This document shows positions 35,890-45,800 of a DNA stretch of 64,000 nucleotides, in pieces. A program made the position numbers and the translations under genes. Within the stretch, counting starts at the first letter, position 1. Every line of letters begins with the position of its first letter. Source of the stretch: Bacilli bacterium. Its GTDB lineage: Bacteria > Bacillota_I > Bacilli_A > RFN20 > CAG-826. The stretch spans positions 9,789-73,788 of the forward strand of contig JAKSVF010000002.1 in assembly GCA_024408235.1 (NCBI GenBank), in the 5' to 3' direction. The notes beneath the pieces were generated by a model, which saw only the letters and a program-made list of their open reading frames with translations, was not told the origin of the DNA and ran no database searches.

Positions 35890-36357
35890 ATGAAAACAAA
35901 TAAATTAAACTCAATCTTAGCTGGCGTTTCTACATTAGCAATCGCCGCAACATTCTTATTCCTTATTGCAAATGCAGTTAGCTTCAATGGCATGGTATTC
36001 GCTCGTGGCTACGACTTAATGTTCGGTAACGATGCAAGCTTACCAACAAGAACTGCTGTCCCAGCATTCATCGCTGTCTTCGTCTTCCTCGTTGTCGGCG
36101 GAGTCTTCTCAGCATTATCAGCAGTCTTCAACTCACTCGGAGATGAAAAGACATCACACAAGTTCGTTTCATTCCTCTCAGTTGTTGGTGGTTTGTTAGC
36201 AGCAGCTTCAGCAGTCTTATTCTTCCTCGCTCCAATGTTCTTTGAATCTGTATTAGAAGCTTCACTCCAGTGGGGCGCAATCGCATCAGGTGCATGTGCA
36301 GCAGTCGCAGCAGTCGCTTCTCTCCTCGGCGGAGTTAAGGGACTTCTCGTTAAGTAA
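35890..36357 (+). CDS. Small polytopic membrane protein of unknown function
   Basis: I prefer the ATG at 35890 (MKTNKLNSILAGVSTLAIAATFLFL), with GAGGTG upstream. It has 4 hydrophobic Ala/Val/Phe-rich helices. A terminator follows. Confidence 0.65.
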   Translation: MKTNKLNSILAGVSTLAIAATFLFLIANAVSFNGMVFARGYDLMFGNDASLPTRTAVPAFIAVFVFLVVGGVFSALSAVFNSLGDEKTSHKFVSFLSVVGGLLAAASAVLFFLAPMFFESVLEASLQWGAIASGACAAVAAVASLLGGVKGLLVK

Positions 36358-36375
36358 TTTTAAAACAATTGAATT

Positions 36376-36400
36376 AGCCTTCTTCACGAAGGCTTTTTTC
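36376..36400 (+). terminator. Rho-independent terminator ending the opp-protease locus
   Basis: AGCCTTC-TTCAC-GAAGGCT followed by TTTTTC. Confidence 0.8.
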
Positions 36401-36418
36401 TTTATATAATAAGGATAT

Positions 36419-36883
36419 ATGAATAAGACTAATGTAATGAGACTGTTAGATGTCGGGAACGTGCGATATGAGCCTCATGAATACGATGAGAACATTGTTA
36501 ACGGTGAACAGGTCGCTTTAGCGGTTGGAGAGGATCCTAATGCCGTATTTAAGACGCTTGTTTGTTATAACGAGAAGAAGGAGCATTATGTTTTCTGTGT
36601 GCCTGTAAATGGCTCTTTGGACCTTAAAAAGGCCGCTAAAGTATCGCATTCAAAGTTCATCGATCTAATACCGCAAAAGGAACTGTTGCCGTTGACCGGA
36701 TATATTCATGGAGGATGCTCGCCAATAGGGATGAAGAAACAATTCATCACTTTCATTGACGAAACTGCTCAGCTCTTTGACACAATATATATTTCAGGCG
36801 GAAAACGCGGTCTGCAGGTTGAAATTAATCCATTAGAATTGAGCGAGTACGTGAAAGCGACTTTTGTGGATCTTCTGATCTAA
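36419..36883 (+). CDS. ybaK: Cys-tRNA(Pro)/Cys-tRNA(Cys) deacylase YbaK
   Basis: The 154-aa product has NVMRLLD...FKTLV...DLKKAAK...GYIHGGCSPIG...ISGGKRGLQVEI, typical of the YbaK/EbsC family. Confidence 0.85.
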   Translation: MNKTNVMRLLDVGNVRYEPHEYDENIVNGEQVALAVGEDPNAVFKTLVCYNEKKEHYVFCVPVNGSLDLKKAAKVSHSKFIDLIPQKELLPLTGYIHGGCSPIGMKKQFITFIDETAQLFDTIYISGGKRGLQVEINPLELSEYVKATFVDLLI

Positions 36884-36911
36884 ATTTACTGAAAACTTAT
36901 TGAGATTTTAT

Positions 36912-36940
36912 CGCGCTTTAGAGGCGCGTTTTCTTTTTTC
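36912..36940 (+). terminator. Rho-independent terminator
   Basis: CGCGC-tttagag-GCGCG followed by TTTTCTTTTTTC. Confidence 0.65.
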
Positions 36941-37117
36941 TGAACATCTAACTAATAGTTCGTGAAACTTTTATTAATAATAGATAAAAAAGTAAACTAT
37001 CTTAATAGTATAATATAAAAGCATACAAATCATAGTATATCCTTATACAACATATAACTTCATATTAGGTATAAATTGATATAGATACCAACGGAGAAAA
37101 ATGTAAGTTAGTATCTA

Positions 37118-37144
37118 TTAGCACTCCTTTCTATAGTCTGCTAA
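37118..37144. promoter_or_regulatory. Degenerate CIRCE-like inverted repeat in an orphan intergenic spacer
   Basis: TTAGCACTC-CTTTCTATA-GTCTGCTAA. The left arm matches 9/9, the spacing is exactly 9 nt, and the right arm matches 7/9 to GAGTGCTAA. Confidence 0.4.
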
Positions 37145-37210
37145 AAGTGTTTTCTTGTATTAAATAGCACATTTACTTAGAAAGTATAATAACTTATTAG
37201 TAAAATTTTC

Positions 37211-37237
37211 AAAAAAACCATCTTATTTGATGGTTAT
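37211..37237 (-). terminator. Terminator overlapping the M24 peptidase stop codon (the hairpin is usable in both directions)
   Basis: The minus strand reads AACCATC-AAATAA-GATGGTT followed by TTTTTTTG. The plus strand is followed by ATTTTTATTATTTT. Confidence 0.7.
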
Positions 37238-38407
37238 TTTTATTATTTTATCTTGTCTACCTGCAACGATTATTGGTCTTCCATTTTGGATTGATACGTT
37301 TGTCTCGCTCCTCATTCCAAAATCTGGTGCATATATACCTGGTTCTAATGAGAATGATGTTCCGCTGATTAATTGTCTTGTATCATGCGACTCGTAATCG
37401 TCTATGTTAGCTCCTGGTCCATGAGGGGATATATCGACAGAAATGTTATGGCCTGTTCTATGAGTGAAATAACTTCCATAGCCTTCAGATTCAATGTAGT
37501 CTCTGACAATTCTGTCCACCTCAAATCCCATTACAGGCCTTGTCTCGGAAGTGGTTTTTATAAATTCGAAACCTTTGTCTATTGCGGTTTTCAAGATCTC
37601 AAATCTTCTTTCCATTTCTTCTGGTATTTCATCTCCAATGTATGCCATCCAAGTGATATCTGCATATACAGCTTTTGGATGATCGTATTTAGCCCACATA
37701 TCAATCAAGACCAAATCGCCTTCATGAATCTTCGAGGAACATTCAGACGTTGGACCATAGTGTGGATTGGATGCGTTAGGGCCAATTGCAACAATCGGAG
37801 CATCGTCGTAAATCATTCCTTCTTCATGGAACCTATCACAGATGAACTGTTGGATTTCATATTCATCAGCCTCGCCATTCCTTGATATTAATTGCCCTAT
37901 TTTCTCAAAGGCCTCATCTTTTATTTTTAGCGTTGTCTCACACGCTTTTAGTTGTAGTTCATATGACTCTTCATCATATACGGCGTTGATGCACTGTAGA
38001 AGATCAGCGCTCGATACAACCTCGACGCCTTGCTTCTTTACGTAATCAACCGACCCATAGTCAGCCAAAGATACTCTTGGGAGTAATCCGTCTTCCGACA
38101 CATCCATCAATACGCGCGTATATTTATTCAATAAAGATGATTCGAGTTCTAACATTTCTTGCCAAGTGTTATAGACAAGCAATTCAAAGTCCTTTGTGAC
38201 GTCAGGTTCATTTAAGAACACCTTGTCGATTGAATGGCAGATTATAAAGGCCTTTTCTTTCTCGATAACAAAGACAATCTTCCTCGTTAGCATTTTCTTT
38301 CCGACAAAGAAAGGAACGGTTGGATTTCTATTCTCGTAATCGACAACAATCCAGGCATCAGCCTTTTTATTTATAAGTTCGTTTGAGATGATTAATGTGT
38401 TTTTCAT
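37223..38407 (-). CDS. M24-family Xaa-Pro peptidase
   Basis: The C-terminal catalytic domain motifs are DLVLIDMWA, HRTGHNISVD and SLEPGIY. Confidence 0.8.
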   Translation of the reverse strand: MKNTLIISNELINKKADAWIVVDYENRNPTVPFFVGKKMLTRKIVFVIEKEKAFIICHSIDKVFLNEPDVTKDFELLVYNTWQEMLELESSLLNKYTRVLMDVSEDGLLPRVSLADYGSVDYVKKQGVEVVSSADLLQCINAVYDEESYELQLKACETTLKIKDEAFEKIGQLISRNGEADEYEIQQFICDRFHEEGMIYDDAPIVAIGPNASNPHYGPTSECSSKIHEGDLVLIDMWAKYDHPKAVYADITWMAYIGDEIPEEMERRFEILKTAIDKGFEFIKTTSETRPVMGFEVDRIVRDYIESEGYGSYFTHRTGHNISVDISPHGPGANIDDYESHDTRQLISGTSFSLEPGIYAPDFGMRSETNVSIQNGRPIIVAGRQDKIIKITIK

Positions 38408-38453
38408 AATTTCTATTATTTATTGTATCATTATTTATATATAAGGTTTCTTT

Positions 38454-40202
38454 ATGAATTCGATTTTTACTTCAAGCGTTGATCTAGACAACCCATTTAA
38501 ACTGCATCCAAACCCATATTTTGAGCGAGATGATTTTATCATGCTTGATGGTTGGTGGGACTTTGAAATAAGCAAGAACAAAACGATAGAAAAGTATACA
38601 CAAAAAATAGTGGTCCCATTCTCCCCGGAAACACCTTTATCGAACATTGAAAAGCACATCAGTAAGGATGATTATTTGCACTATAAAAAAATAGTAAAAA
38701 TCGGACAGGAAAAAGCAGGGTCAAAAGCCATACTTCACTTCGTCGCAGTTGATCAGGAGTGCGAGGTATATTTTAACGGGAAAAAACTAGGAGAACATAA
38801 GGGTGGATACACATCATTCTCCTTCGTTGTTGAATCGTTATCTTGCGACAATGTTATAGAGGTTGTTGCAAGAGATGATACCGACTCTGAAATATACGCT
38901 AGAGGAAAACAAAACAACGATAGGGGCGGCATTTGGTACACTCCAACATCTGGCATTTGGGGCGATGTCTATCTAGAAATTGTTCCTGAGAGCTACATTA
39001 AGGAAATATCTGTAAAACCCTCATGGATTGAAAAAATGGTTCGGATTTCCTGCGAAAAAACCTCAAATTCACCTGTTATATGCGAGATTTACGGTAAAAA
39101 TGGACTAATAGCTACCAATCTGATTCCAAATAAAGGGTCTGTTGAAATTGACCTTTCAGCACAATTTGCGGAATGGTCTCCAGAAGAGCCTAATCTATAT
39201 TGTGCTGTTTTCAAGATGGGCGATGATAAGGTAACTACAAGATTTGCCTTTCGTCACCTTGAAGCTAGAGAGATTAACGGAATCAAATACTTATTTTTGA
39301 ATAACAAGCCACTTTTCTTATCATCACTATTGGATCAGGGATACTGGCCTGACGGAGGCTTAACCGCTCCTTCATATGAGGCCATTTCATATGATATCGA
39401 CAAGATAAAAGAGGCTGGTTTCAATTGCCTCAGGAAGCATATAAAAGTTGAATCGATGAGATGGTATTTCGAATGTGACAAACAAGGTGTTTTGGTCATG
39501 CAGGATTTAGTCAATTCTGGGTCAAGATATTCAAAGCTTTTGATTAATACAAGAGCGTTCATCAATTACAACATTAATGACATCGATAACAAAATTCTCG
39601 GAAGGGGCAATCCTGACTCGATGCTCCGGTATGAAGAAGATATGTATGAGACCGTCAAACAATTATCTAAGCCTGCTTGCATTTGCATCTGGACATTATT
39701 CAATGAAGGGTGGGGCCAATTTAGAGCTGTTGAAATGTATTCTAAACTGAAATCATGTGTTGGCGACTGCCTGATAGATGCTACATCCGGTTGGTATGAC
39801 AAAGGAGTGGGGGACTTCAACAGCAGGCATATCTATTTCAGGGCACCAAAACCAAAGACAGACCACAAACGCGTCCTATCTTTATCTGAGTTTGGAGGAT
39901 ATTCTCTTCCATCGGACGGACATATGTTCACCAAAAAGACGTTTGGATACGCAACATACAAAGATAATTCCAAATTGAACAAAGCAATTGAGAAAGTCTA
40001 TAAAAGGGATTTAGTTAAAGCCATTAAGAAAGATGGTCTTTCGATCGCGGTATATACTCAACTTTCAGATGTTGAAGATGAGATTAATGGTTTAATGACT
40101 TACGATAGGGCAATATTTAAGCCGGATATCGAATTAATTAAAGAATGCAACAAGTCGCTATACGAGGCTTATGAGCAATCTATTAAAGATAAAGAACAAT
40201 AA
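38454..40202 (+). CDS. Glycoside hydrolase family 2 protein
   Basis: The GH2 sugar-binding segment is FVAVDQECEVYFNGKKLGEHKGGYTSFSF. The TIM-barrel segments are FNCLRKHIKVE and WTLFNEGWGQ. Confidence 0.75.
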   Translation: MNSIFTSSVDLDNPFKLHPNPYFERDDFIMLDGWWDFEISKNKTIEKYTQKIVVPFSPETPLSNIEKHISKDDYLHYKKIVKIGQEKAGSKAILHFVAVDQECEVYFNGKKLGEHKGGYTSFSFVVESLSCDNVIEVVARDDTDSEIYARGKQNNDRGGIWYTPTSGIWGDVYLEIVPESYIKEISVKPSWIEKMVRISCEKTSNSPVICEIYGKNGLIATNLIPNKGSVEIDLSAQFAEWSPEEPNLYCAVFKMGDDKVTTRFAFRHLEAREINGIKYLFLNNKPLFLSSLLDQGYWPDGGLTAPSYEAISYDIDKIKEAGFNCLRKHIKVESMRWYFECDKQGVLVMQDLVNSGSRYSKLLINTRAFINYNINDIDNKILGRGNPDSMLRYEEDMYETVKQLSKPACICIWTLFNEGWGQFRAVEMYSKLKSCVGDCLIDATSGWYDKGVGDFNSRHIYFRAPKPKTDHKRVLSLSEFGGYSLPSDGHMFTKKTFGYATYKDNSKLNKAIEKVYKRDLVKAIKKDGLSIAVYTQLSDVEDEINGLMTYDRAIFKPDIELIKECNKSLYEAYEQSIKDKEQ

Positions 40203-40222
40203 CTTTGTTATAATCCCTGAGT

Positions 40223-41002
40223 ATGATAATTAAGATTGCGTTTTTTGATATTGATAACACCATTTACGATGGGTTTAACAAACGTTATAACGAGAGAACG
40301 ATACGTGCTCTAAAAAAGGCCCAGGAGAATGGACTTAAGATCTGCGTCTGCACTTCTAGACCTAATGACTCGATGAGGGATATTGGGACCTTTGATTTGG
40401 GCATTAAATGGGATGCCATAATCGGAAGCTCAGGTGGAACTGCAAAAGTGGATGGCAAGTTTATTAGATCGTTCACCGTTAATGAAAGTGTATCCGCAAG
40501 ACTATTTGATTATTTAGTATCAAAACACATCACTTTTGAGATGATTGGTTTAGAAACTAGGTGGATTTGCGGTGATTTTAACGATTCTGCGAAGAAATTT
40601 TACGATTTGTTCCTCGAAAAACACCCAGCAACCAGCACAGTTTTAAAGAATGATTTAACCCAATATCACCTTTTCTGCAGTGATGAGTATGACGATGAAA
40701 TTATTAGATTATTCCCAGAGATTGTCTTTAGTAGATACCTCCCTTTTGCTGTGGATGTTGTTCCTGTTATGTACAAGAAAGGCGATGGTATTGACGATGT
40801 TCTTGATTATTTCGGATTAACAGAGGATGAAGCTATTGGATTTGGAGACGATCTCCAGGATATTTCAATCGCGGATCACGTTAAGGAATTTGTTGCAATG
40901 GAGAACGCTAAAGAAGAAGTTAAAGCAGTGGCTACATACATTACCGGCCATTGCTCATCTGATGGCATTGAAACGGCCTTGGAACATTTTAATTTGATTT
41001 AA
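40223..41002 (+). CDS. HAD-superfamily hydrolase, Cof-type (IIB)
   Basis: Motif I is FFDIDNTIY, motif II is VCTSRP, and the C-terminal motif is GFGDDLQDISI. Confidence 0.8.
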   Translation: MIIKIAFFDIDNTIYDGFNKRYNERTIRALKKAQENGLKICVCTSRPNDSMRDIGTFDLGIKWDAIIGSSGGTAKVDGKFIRSFTVNESVSARLFDYLVSKHITFEMIGLETRWICGDFNDSAKKFYDLFLEKHPATSTVLKNDLTQYHLFCSDEYDDEIIRLFPEIVFSRYLPFAVDVVPVMYKKGDGIDDVLDYFGLTEDEAIGFGDDLQDISIADHVKEFVAMENAKEEVKAVATYITGHCSSDGIETALEHFNLI

Positions 41003-41041
41003 CACTAACGGTTTACAAACCGTTGCTATATACTTTCGGCT

Positions 41042-41680
41042 ATGACGTTTGAAATCATTATACAAATCATATTAATGGGCATCGCTCTCTCAATGGATGC
41101 ATTCGCCGTCGCTGTAACCGATGGCCTCACATATACAGACATCAACAAGAGAAAAAGTTTCTTTATTGCTGGCGTGTTCGGTGTGATGCAGGCTGTTATG
41201 CCTCTTATTGGATATTGGCTTGTTGAAGGTATACAAGTGATTGTCGGATCCGCTTCGGCTGGACAAGCTGGAGAGGTTATGGCAACAATCGTAACTTGGG
41301 TTGCGTTCGATCTCTTGATGTTCATCGGTGGTAAAATGCTTATTGAAGGCATCCAAGATACAAAGAAACCTGTTGAAGAGAGAACCCCTAAACAGTTCTC
41401 GATAAAAGAAGTCCTTGTGTATGGAGTTGCAACTGCAATCGATGCTTTAGGAACAGGCGTTGCTTTGCACGCTGGTACCTTGTCAAATAATGGAACTATT
41501 TTCCTTCATGCCGCAATCATCATGGTTTGCACATTCATAATCTCGCTCATTGGATTGTTTCTTGGCAATAAGATTGAAAAACTGTTTAAAGGCCGATATG
41601 AAATCACTGCAATCATCGGAGGAATTATTCTCCTGTTGTTAGGCGTTTGGATAGTCCTCGGCCATTATCTTGGCATCTAA
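41042..41680 (+). CDS. mntP: Manganese efflux pump MntP
   Basis: The duplicated DUF204 pattern is GIALSMDAFAVAVTDGL and ATAIDALGTGVAL, with 6 TM helices. Confidence 0.8.
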   Translation: MTFEIIIQIILMGIALSMDAFAVAVTDGLTYTDINKRKSFFIAGVFGVMQAVMPLIGYWLVEGIQVIVGSASAGQAGEVMATIVTWVAFDLLMFIGGKMLIEGIQDTKKPVEERTPKQFSIKEVLVYGVATAIDALGTGVALHAGTLSNNGTIFLHAAIIMVCTFIISLIGLFLGNKIEKLFKGRYEITAIIGGIILLLLGVWIVLGHYLGI

Positions 41681-41691
41681 TCAAAACATAA

Positions 41692-41716
41692 AGGCGCATA
41701 AGCGCTTTTTTGTTTT
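41692..41716 (+). terminator. Rho-independent terminator (short stem)
   Basis: GGCGC-ATAA-GCGCT followed by TTTTTTGTTTTGTTTT. Confidence 0.55.
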
Positions 41717-41767
41717 GTTTTATTTATTATGTAGTAGTTTTCGCTTCATCTTTGATAGACTATAGAC

Positions 41768-42829
41768 ATGAATAGAAATGACAAAAAGACAAGAAAACCT
41801 GCTGTGAATAAAAATAAGGGCAAAATTGACCCTAACAAAACAAAGACATTTGTCGTTCATCATGAGACGTCTTTGATAGATTATCTTTGCGAAAAACTAC
41901 CTGGTCAGTCCAGAAGAAATGTCCAAAGAATTATTGCTAACCACCAGGTTGCAGTCGGCGGTTCACCTACGTCCTTATTCACGTTTCACCTCTATCCTGA
42001 AGATGAAGTTACTTTGTCATGGACTAGAATTCAGAAGAGACAGAGAAAAGATCTTCCAATTATTTTCGAGAATAATGACCTTATCGTAATCAACAAACCA
42101 TCAGGCTTGTTATCCGTTGCAAGTGATAGAGAAAAAGGCAGGACCGCTTATAGATTGGTTCAAGAGTATATTTCTCAGACCGATAGAGATGCTAGGATAT
42201 TCGTTGTTCATAGACTGGATGAAGATACTTCAGGCGTTTTGATGTTCGCCAAGAATTATGCGACAAAAGAAATCCTTCAAAAGAATTGGCAGGATATTGT
42301 TAAAGATAGAGCCTATTATGCAATTGTTGAGGGCGAAGATATCAGCGATGAAGGCCATTTAAAGGATTACCTTGCAATGAGTGATGTCACGCAGCTCATG
42401 TATGTCACAAAGGATAGAAATCGCGGAAAACTCTGCATTACCAATTACAAGAAAATGGCGTCCAAGAACGGAATGTCATTGCTTGATGTCCATATTGATT
42501 CCGGAAGAAAGAACCAGATTCGTGTCCAACTCGGAAATATCGGTCATCACGTCATCGGCGATGATAAATATGGTGAGCCAATAAATCCTATTAAGAGACT
42601 TGGCTTACACGCTTATGAACTCGTATTCACCGATCCGCTAACCGGGAAAGTTTACGACTTCAAAGCTCCGCTCCCTGACGAATTTAAGAAATTATTTTGG
42701 AAGACACATCAGCAGATAAAAGATGAGAAATTAGCAGAGGAATTGAAGAAAAAACCTTCAAAACCCGTATCTAGACCTAAAAGGGAGGCTCAATGGCAGA
42801 AGCAGTCCAAGAAACCAAAACGTCGTTAA
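41768..42829 (+). CDS. RluA-family 23S rRNA pseudouridine synthase (RluD/RluC-like) with a basic tail
   Basis: An S4-like N-terminus is present. The catalytic motif is HRLDEDTSGVLMFAK, and the motif GRKNQIRVQL also occurs. Confidence 0.85.
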   Translation: MNRNDKKTRKPAVNKNKGKIDPNKTKTFVVHHETSLIDYLCEKLPGQSRRNVQRIIANHQVAVGGSPTSLFTFHLYPEDEVTLSWTRIQKRQRKDLPIIFENNDLIVINKPSGLLSVASDREKGRTAYRLVQEYISQTDRDARIFVVHRLDEDTSGVLMFAKNYATKEILQKNWQDIVKDRAYYAIVEGEDISDEGHLKDYLAMSDVTQLMYVTKDRNRGKLCITNYKKMASKNGMSLLDVHIDSGRKNQIRVQLGNIGHHVIGDDKYGEPINPIKRLGLHAYELVFTDPLTGKVYDFKAPLPDEFKKLFWKTHQQIKDEKLAEELKKKPSKPVSRPKREAQWQKQSKKPKRR

Positions 42830-45800
42830 GCGAATATCGCAAGATAAAAATCAAGACATCAACACGGAAATGGCTTGAAACAAGGTTCCCATTCTTGTTT
42901 GATATCAACTCGCTTTTCTACTTCGGACTATTTATGTTCGTTGTCGCTTTTGCGTGGTGTGGATATACATTCTTCTTCAATGGTGCTGCAGCGATATATG
43001 GATGGGATTACTCATCTCAATACGTTTCAATGTCCTATACCTTCTGGGATAACTGGCATGAATTATTTACTACTGGCCATTTCCCAATGTATAGCACTAA
43101 CACATATTTAGGAACTGATAATATTGGCTCCAACTCCTATTACGGATTATTCGATCCTTTCCTTCTTTGGACGTTCATTTTCCCTAGAAACTGGATGCCT
43201 CAATTGTTTGTCTTTGCATCGATGGCAAAAGGCGTGTTCTCTGCTTTTGCTCTAAGGGCATATTTGAAGTATATGGGCATTTCCGAGAAGTCCTCTAGAG
43301 TCGGTGCTGCCGCTTTTGCGTTCTGCGGATACATCAACTTCATGGTTGGCTTCCCATCATTCATGTCCATGGCTTGCACAGTGCCTTTAATCCTTCTAGG
43401 AATCGAGCTTGTCATCAAAGAGCAAAAACCACTTTGCTTAGTTGTATCGATATTCCTTCTTGGCATCATATCTTTCTTTTTCCTCATCGTGTTGTGCGTA
43501 TGGGGAGTTCTCTATGCTATGTGGCGTTACTTCTGGACCATTAAGAGTAGGGATGTTGCAAAGAACTTCGCTGTTATTGGAATGGGCGTCGCCTCATTTG
43601 CAGCGGGCATTATGATGTCTGCCCCAATCCTTCTCCCATCATTAAGAGAAACGATGCTTTCCGGAAGAACGGCATCTGGTGGCATGGCATATCTTGGCGT
43701 TTTAATCTCTTCAATCAAATCATTTGATATCAAAACCTTCTTTAAATACATGTTTATGCCTGTTGGAGGCAATACAGGCCGCGAATTGCAGGGCTTATTT
43801 GGTTTCTTCTATCCAACATGTAACTACTTATGGCTGCCTCTTGCTAAAGGAACCATGAATGGCGGAAGCTATACATACGATTCATGGACTGCATCATTAT
43901 TCTGTTACACTCCAATCACTATATTGATGTTCTGCTCCCTGATTAGAAGCGTAAGAAAGAAACAATTCCAGTCATTGATCGTCTTTGCCTTATGCTCTTA
44001 TTTGTTGCTCACCAATTTCGCTTATTATTTCTTCTTCTGTTTTTCGGGAGATGGATATGGTAGATGGTATATCGTCTTGGTCCCTTCAATCATTTATCTC
44101 GCCGCTAAGGAACTTGATGAGATTAAAGATACGCCTAGATGGGAATTGCCAATGGGTTCTTTGTTGACCCTCGCACTGACTTTCATGACTTGGGTTCTCG
44201 CGGTCAAGTTGCTCAAGAACAAGACAATCTCATACATCCCTGTTGATGGTTATTCTAAGAACGAATACTTCATTCCAGCAGAAGTTGATTGGGATGGCGT
44301 CAAGAGGACACTCTTATGGCTTGTCTATTATCAAATGGGCATGGTTGTCGTCGAGAGCTTAGTCATCATATTTATGAGCAAGAAAAACATATTGCACCAA
44401 GCGCTTTTCGGTTTCATTGCTTTAGAAACCGCAATATCTGGCAACCTTTCATTCATCTATGGATATTCAAGCGATGTTAAATGGTTTAACGGTGGACTTC
44501 CATATGTCACAACCTCCACAAACACCTTTAAACAGTTAGAAAAACAGGAAGGCGGATACTACCGTATGTATTCGGATTCTGATTTTGAATCTAACATGGG
44601 TATGGCTTTAGGCTACAACAACGCTTCGACTTTCCATTCCTTATTCAACTACGATGTAGCTGATTTAACACGTTATAGCTACATGACAAACAACGAATAC
44701 ACGAGAAAAGATGTCTATGGTCAAAATATCATCGGCAAATCCTGGTCAGGCTACTATAACAACAAGCGTTTTGGATTTGATACAGCAATGGGTTATCAAT
44801 ATTACGCAATCGAAAATGAGGGTTATTATCACTACAACGATTATCGACCAAACGTTCCATTTGGATCTGAAGTTGTTTTAAAGAACGACACTTGGACGAT
44901 TTACAAAAACCCATATGCGTCGGCGATGCCTTTAGGACACGCTGTCGATAACATCTACGCTGAGAATCTCGTCGATGAGGCCGATGTTAGAAACACAAGC
45001 GATTGGTTCCACGGATTCGGTTCAGGAGGCAGTGCTACCTCAGAGCTTTTAAGAAACGAACAGGTCTATTTGGACGGTGCCATTTTTGAAGACGATGACA
45101 TTACAAATGTCTATAACGAACTTAAGGAGAAAAACCCATCTGCCGACCCTATTGCTGTGGCCCCAGACCGCGCTATATACAGCGCCGGTTTATCAACGGC
45201 CTTATTCAAAAAGAAATATATTGAGACCTCACATAGTGATGGCAAGTACTATGGTTTCTTCATGCACTTAAGCGATGATGAATCTTATTCGCCATCAGCG
45301 TTCTTAAGTGACCCTGCTGCAACAGATCCATCACAGATTGCATCATCAAAACTCATCTCGGCAGTCAATGACTCATACGACTGGAGTACTCCTGTTTTAA
45401 GAAGCTATGGAAAAGTGGTTCTCTATCCTCAGTCTGGCTACGGAAATTACTTCAATATCTCTAAGAATGGCTCATATTTCGTAATAGACTTCACGGGGGC
45501 ATCATATCTTGATAGTGAATTATATGGCCTCTGCGAAGCTCCACGAATCTATTTCGTTGGAGATAGATATGACGACCCAGATAACCCTGATTTAGTGACA
45601 GAGAGCGACACAATTCTCGCTTACGAGTACAAGAGCGTTCGTAACTGGAAGAACAATCACGTAAATACTTCTGGAGGCGTATTCGGCTTCTATCCTGAAG
45701 GCAGAGTAAAATACATCGTCTGCTGCTTTAAGGGAGATGGAAACACTAGACTCGGCAAGTTTAACCTTTACTATGAAACTAGAGACAGACTTGAGGATTC

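Noticed and set aside
41003-41041. I looked for a yybP-ykoY manganese riboswitch upstream of mntP.
   Set aside because: Only 39 nt separate mntP from the preceding HAD gene, which is too short for the riboswitch. No conserved riboswitch helices were seen.
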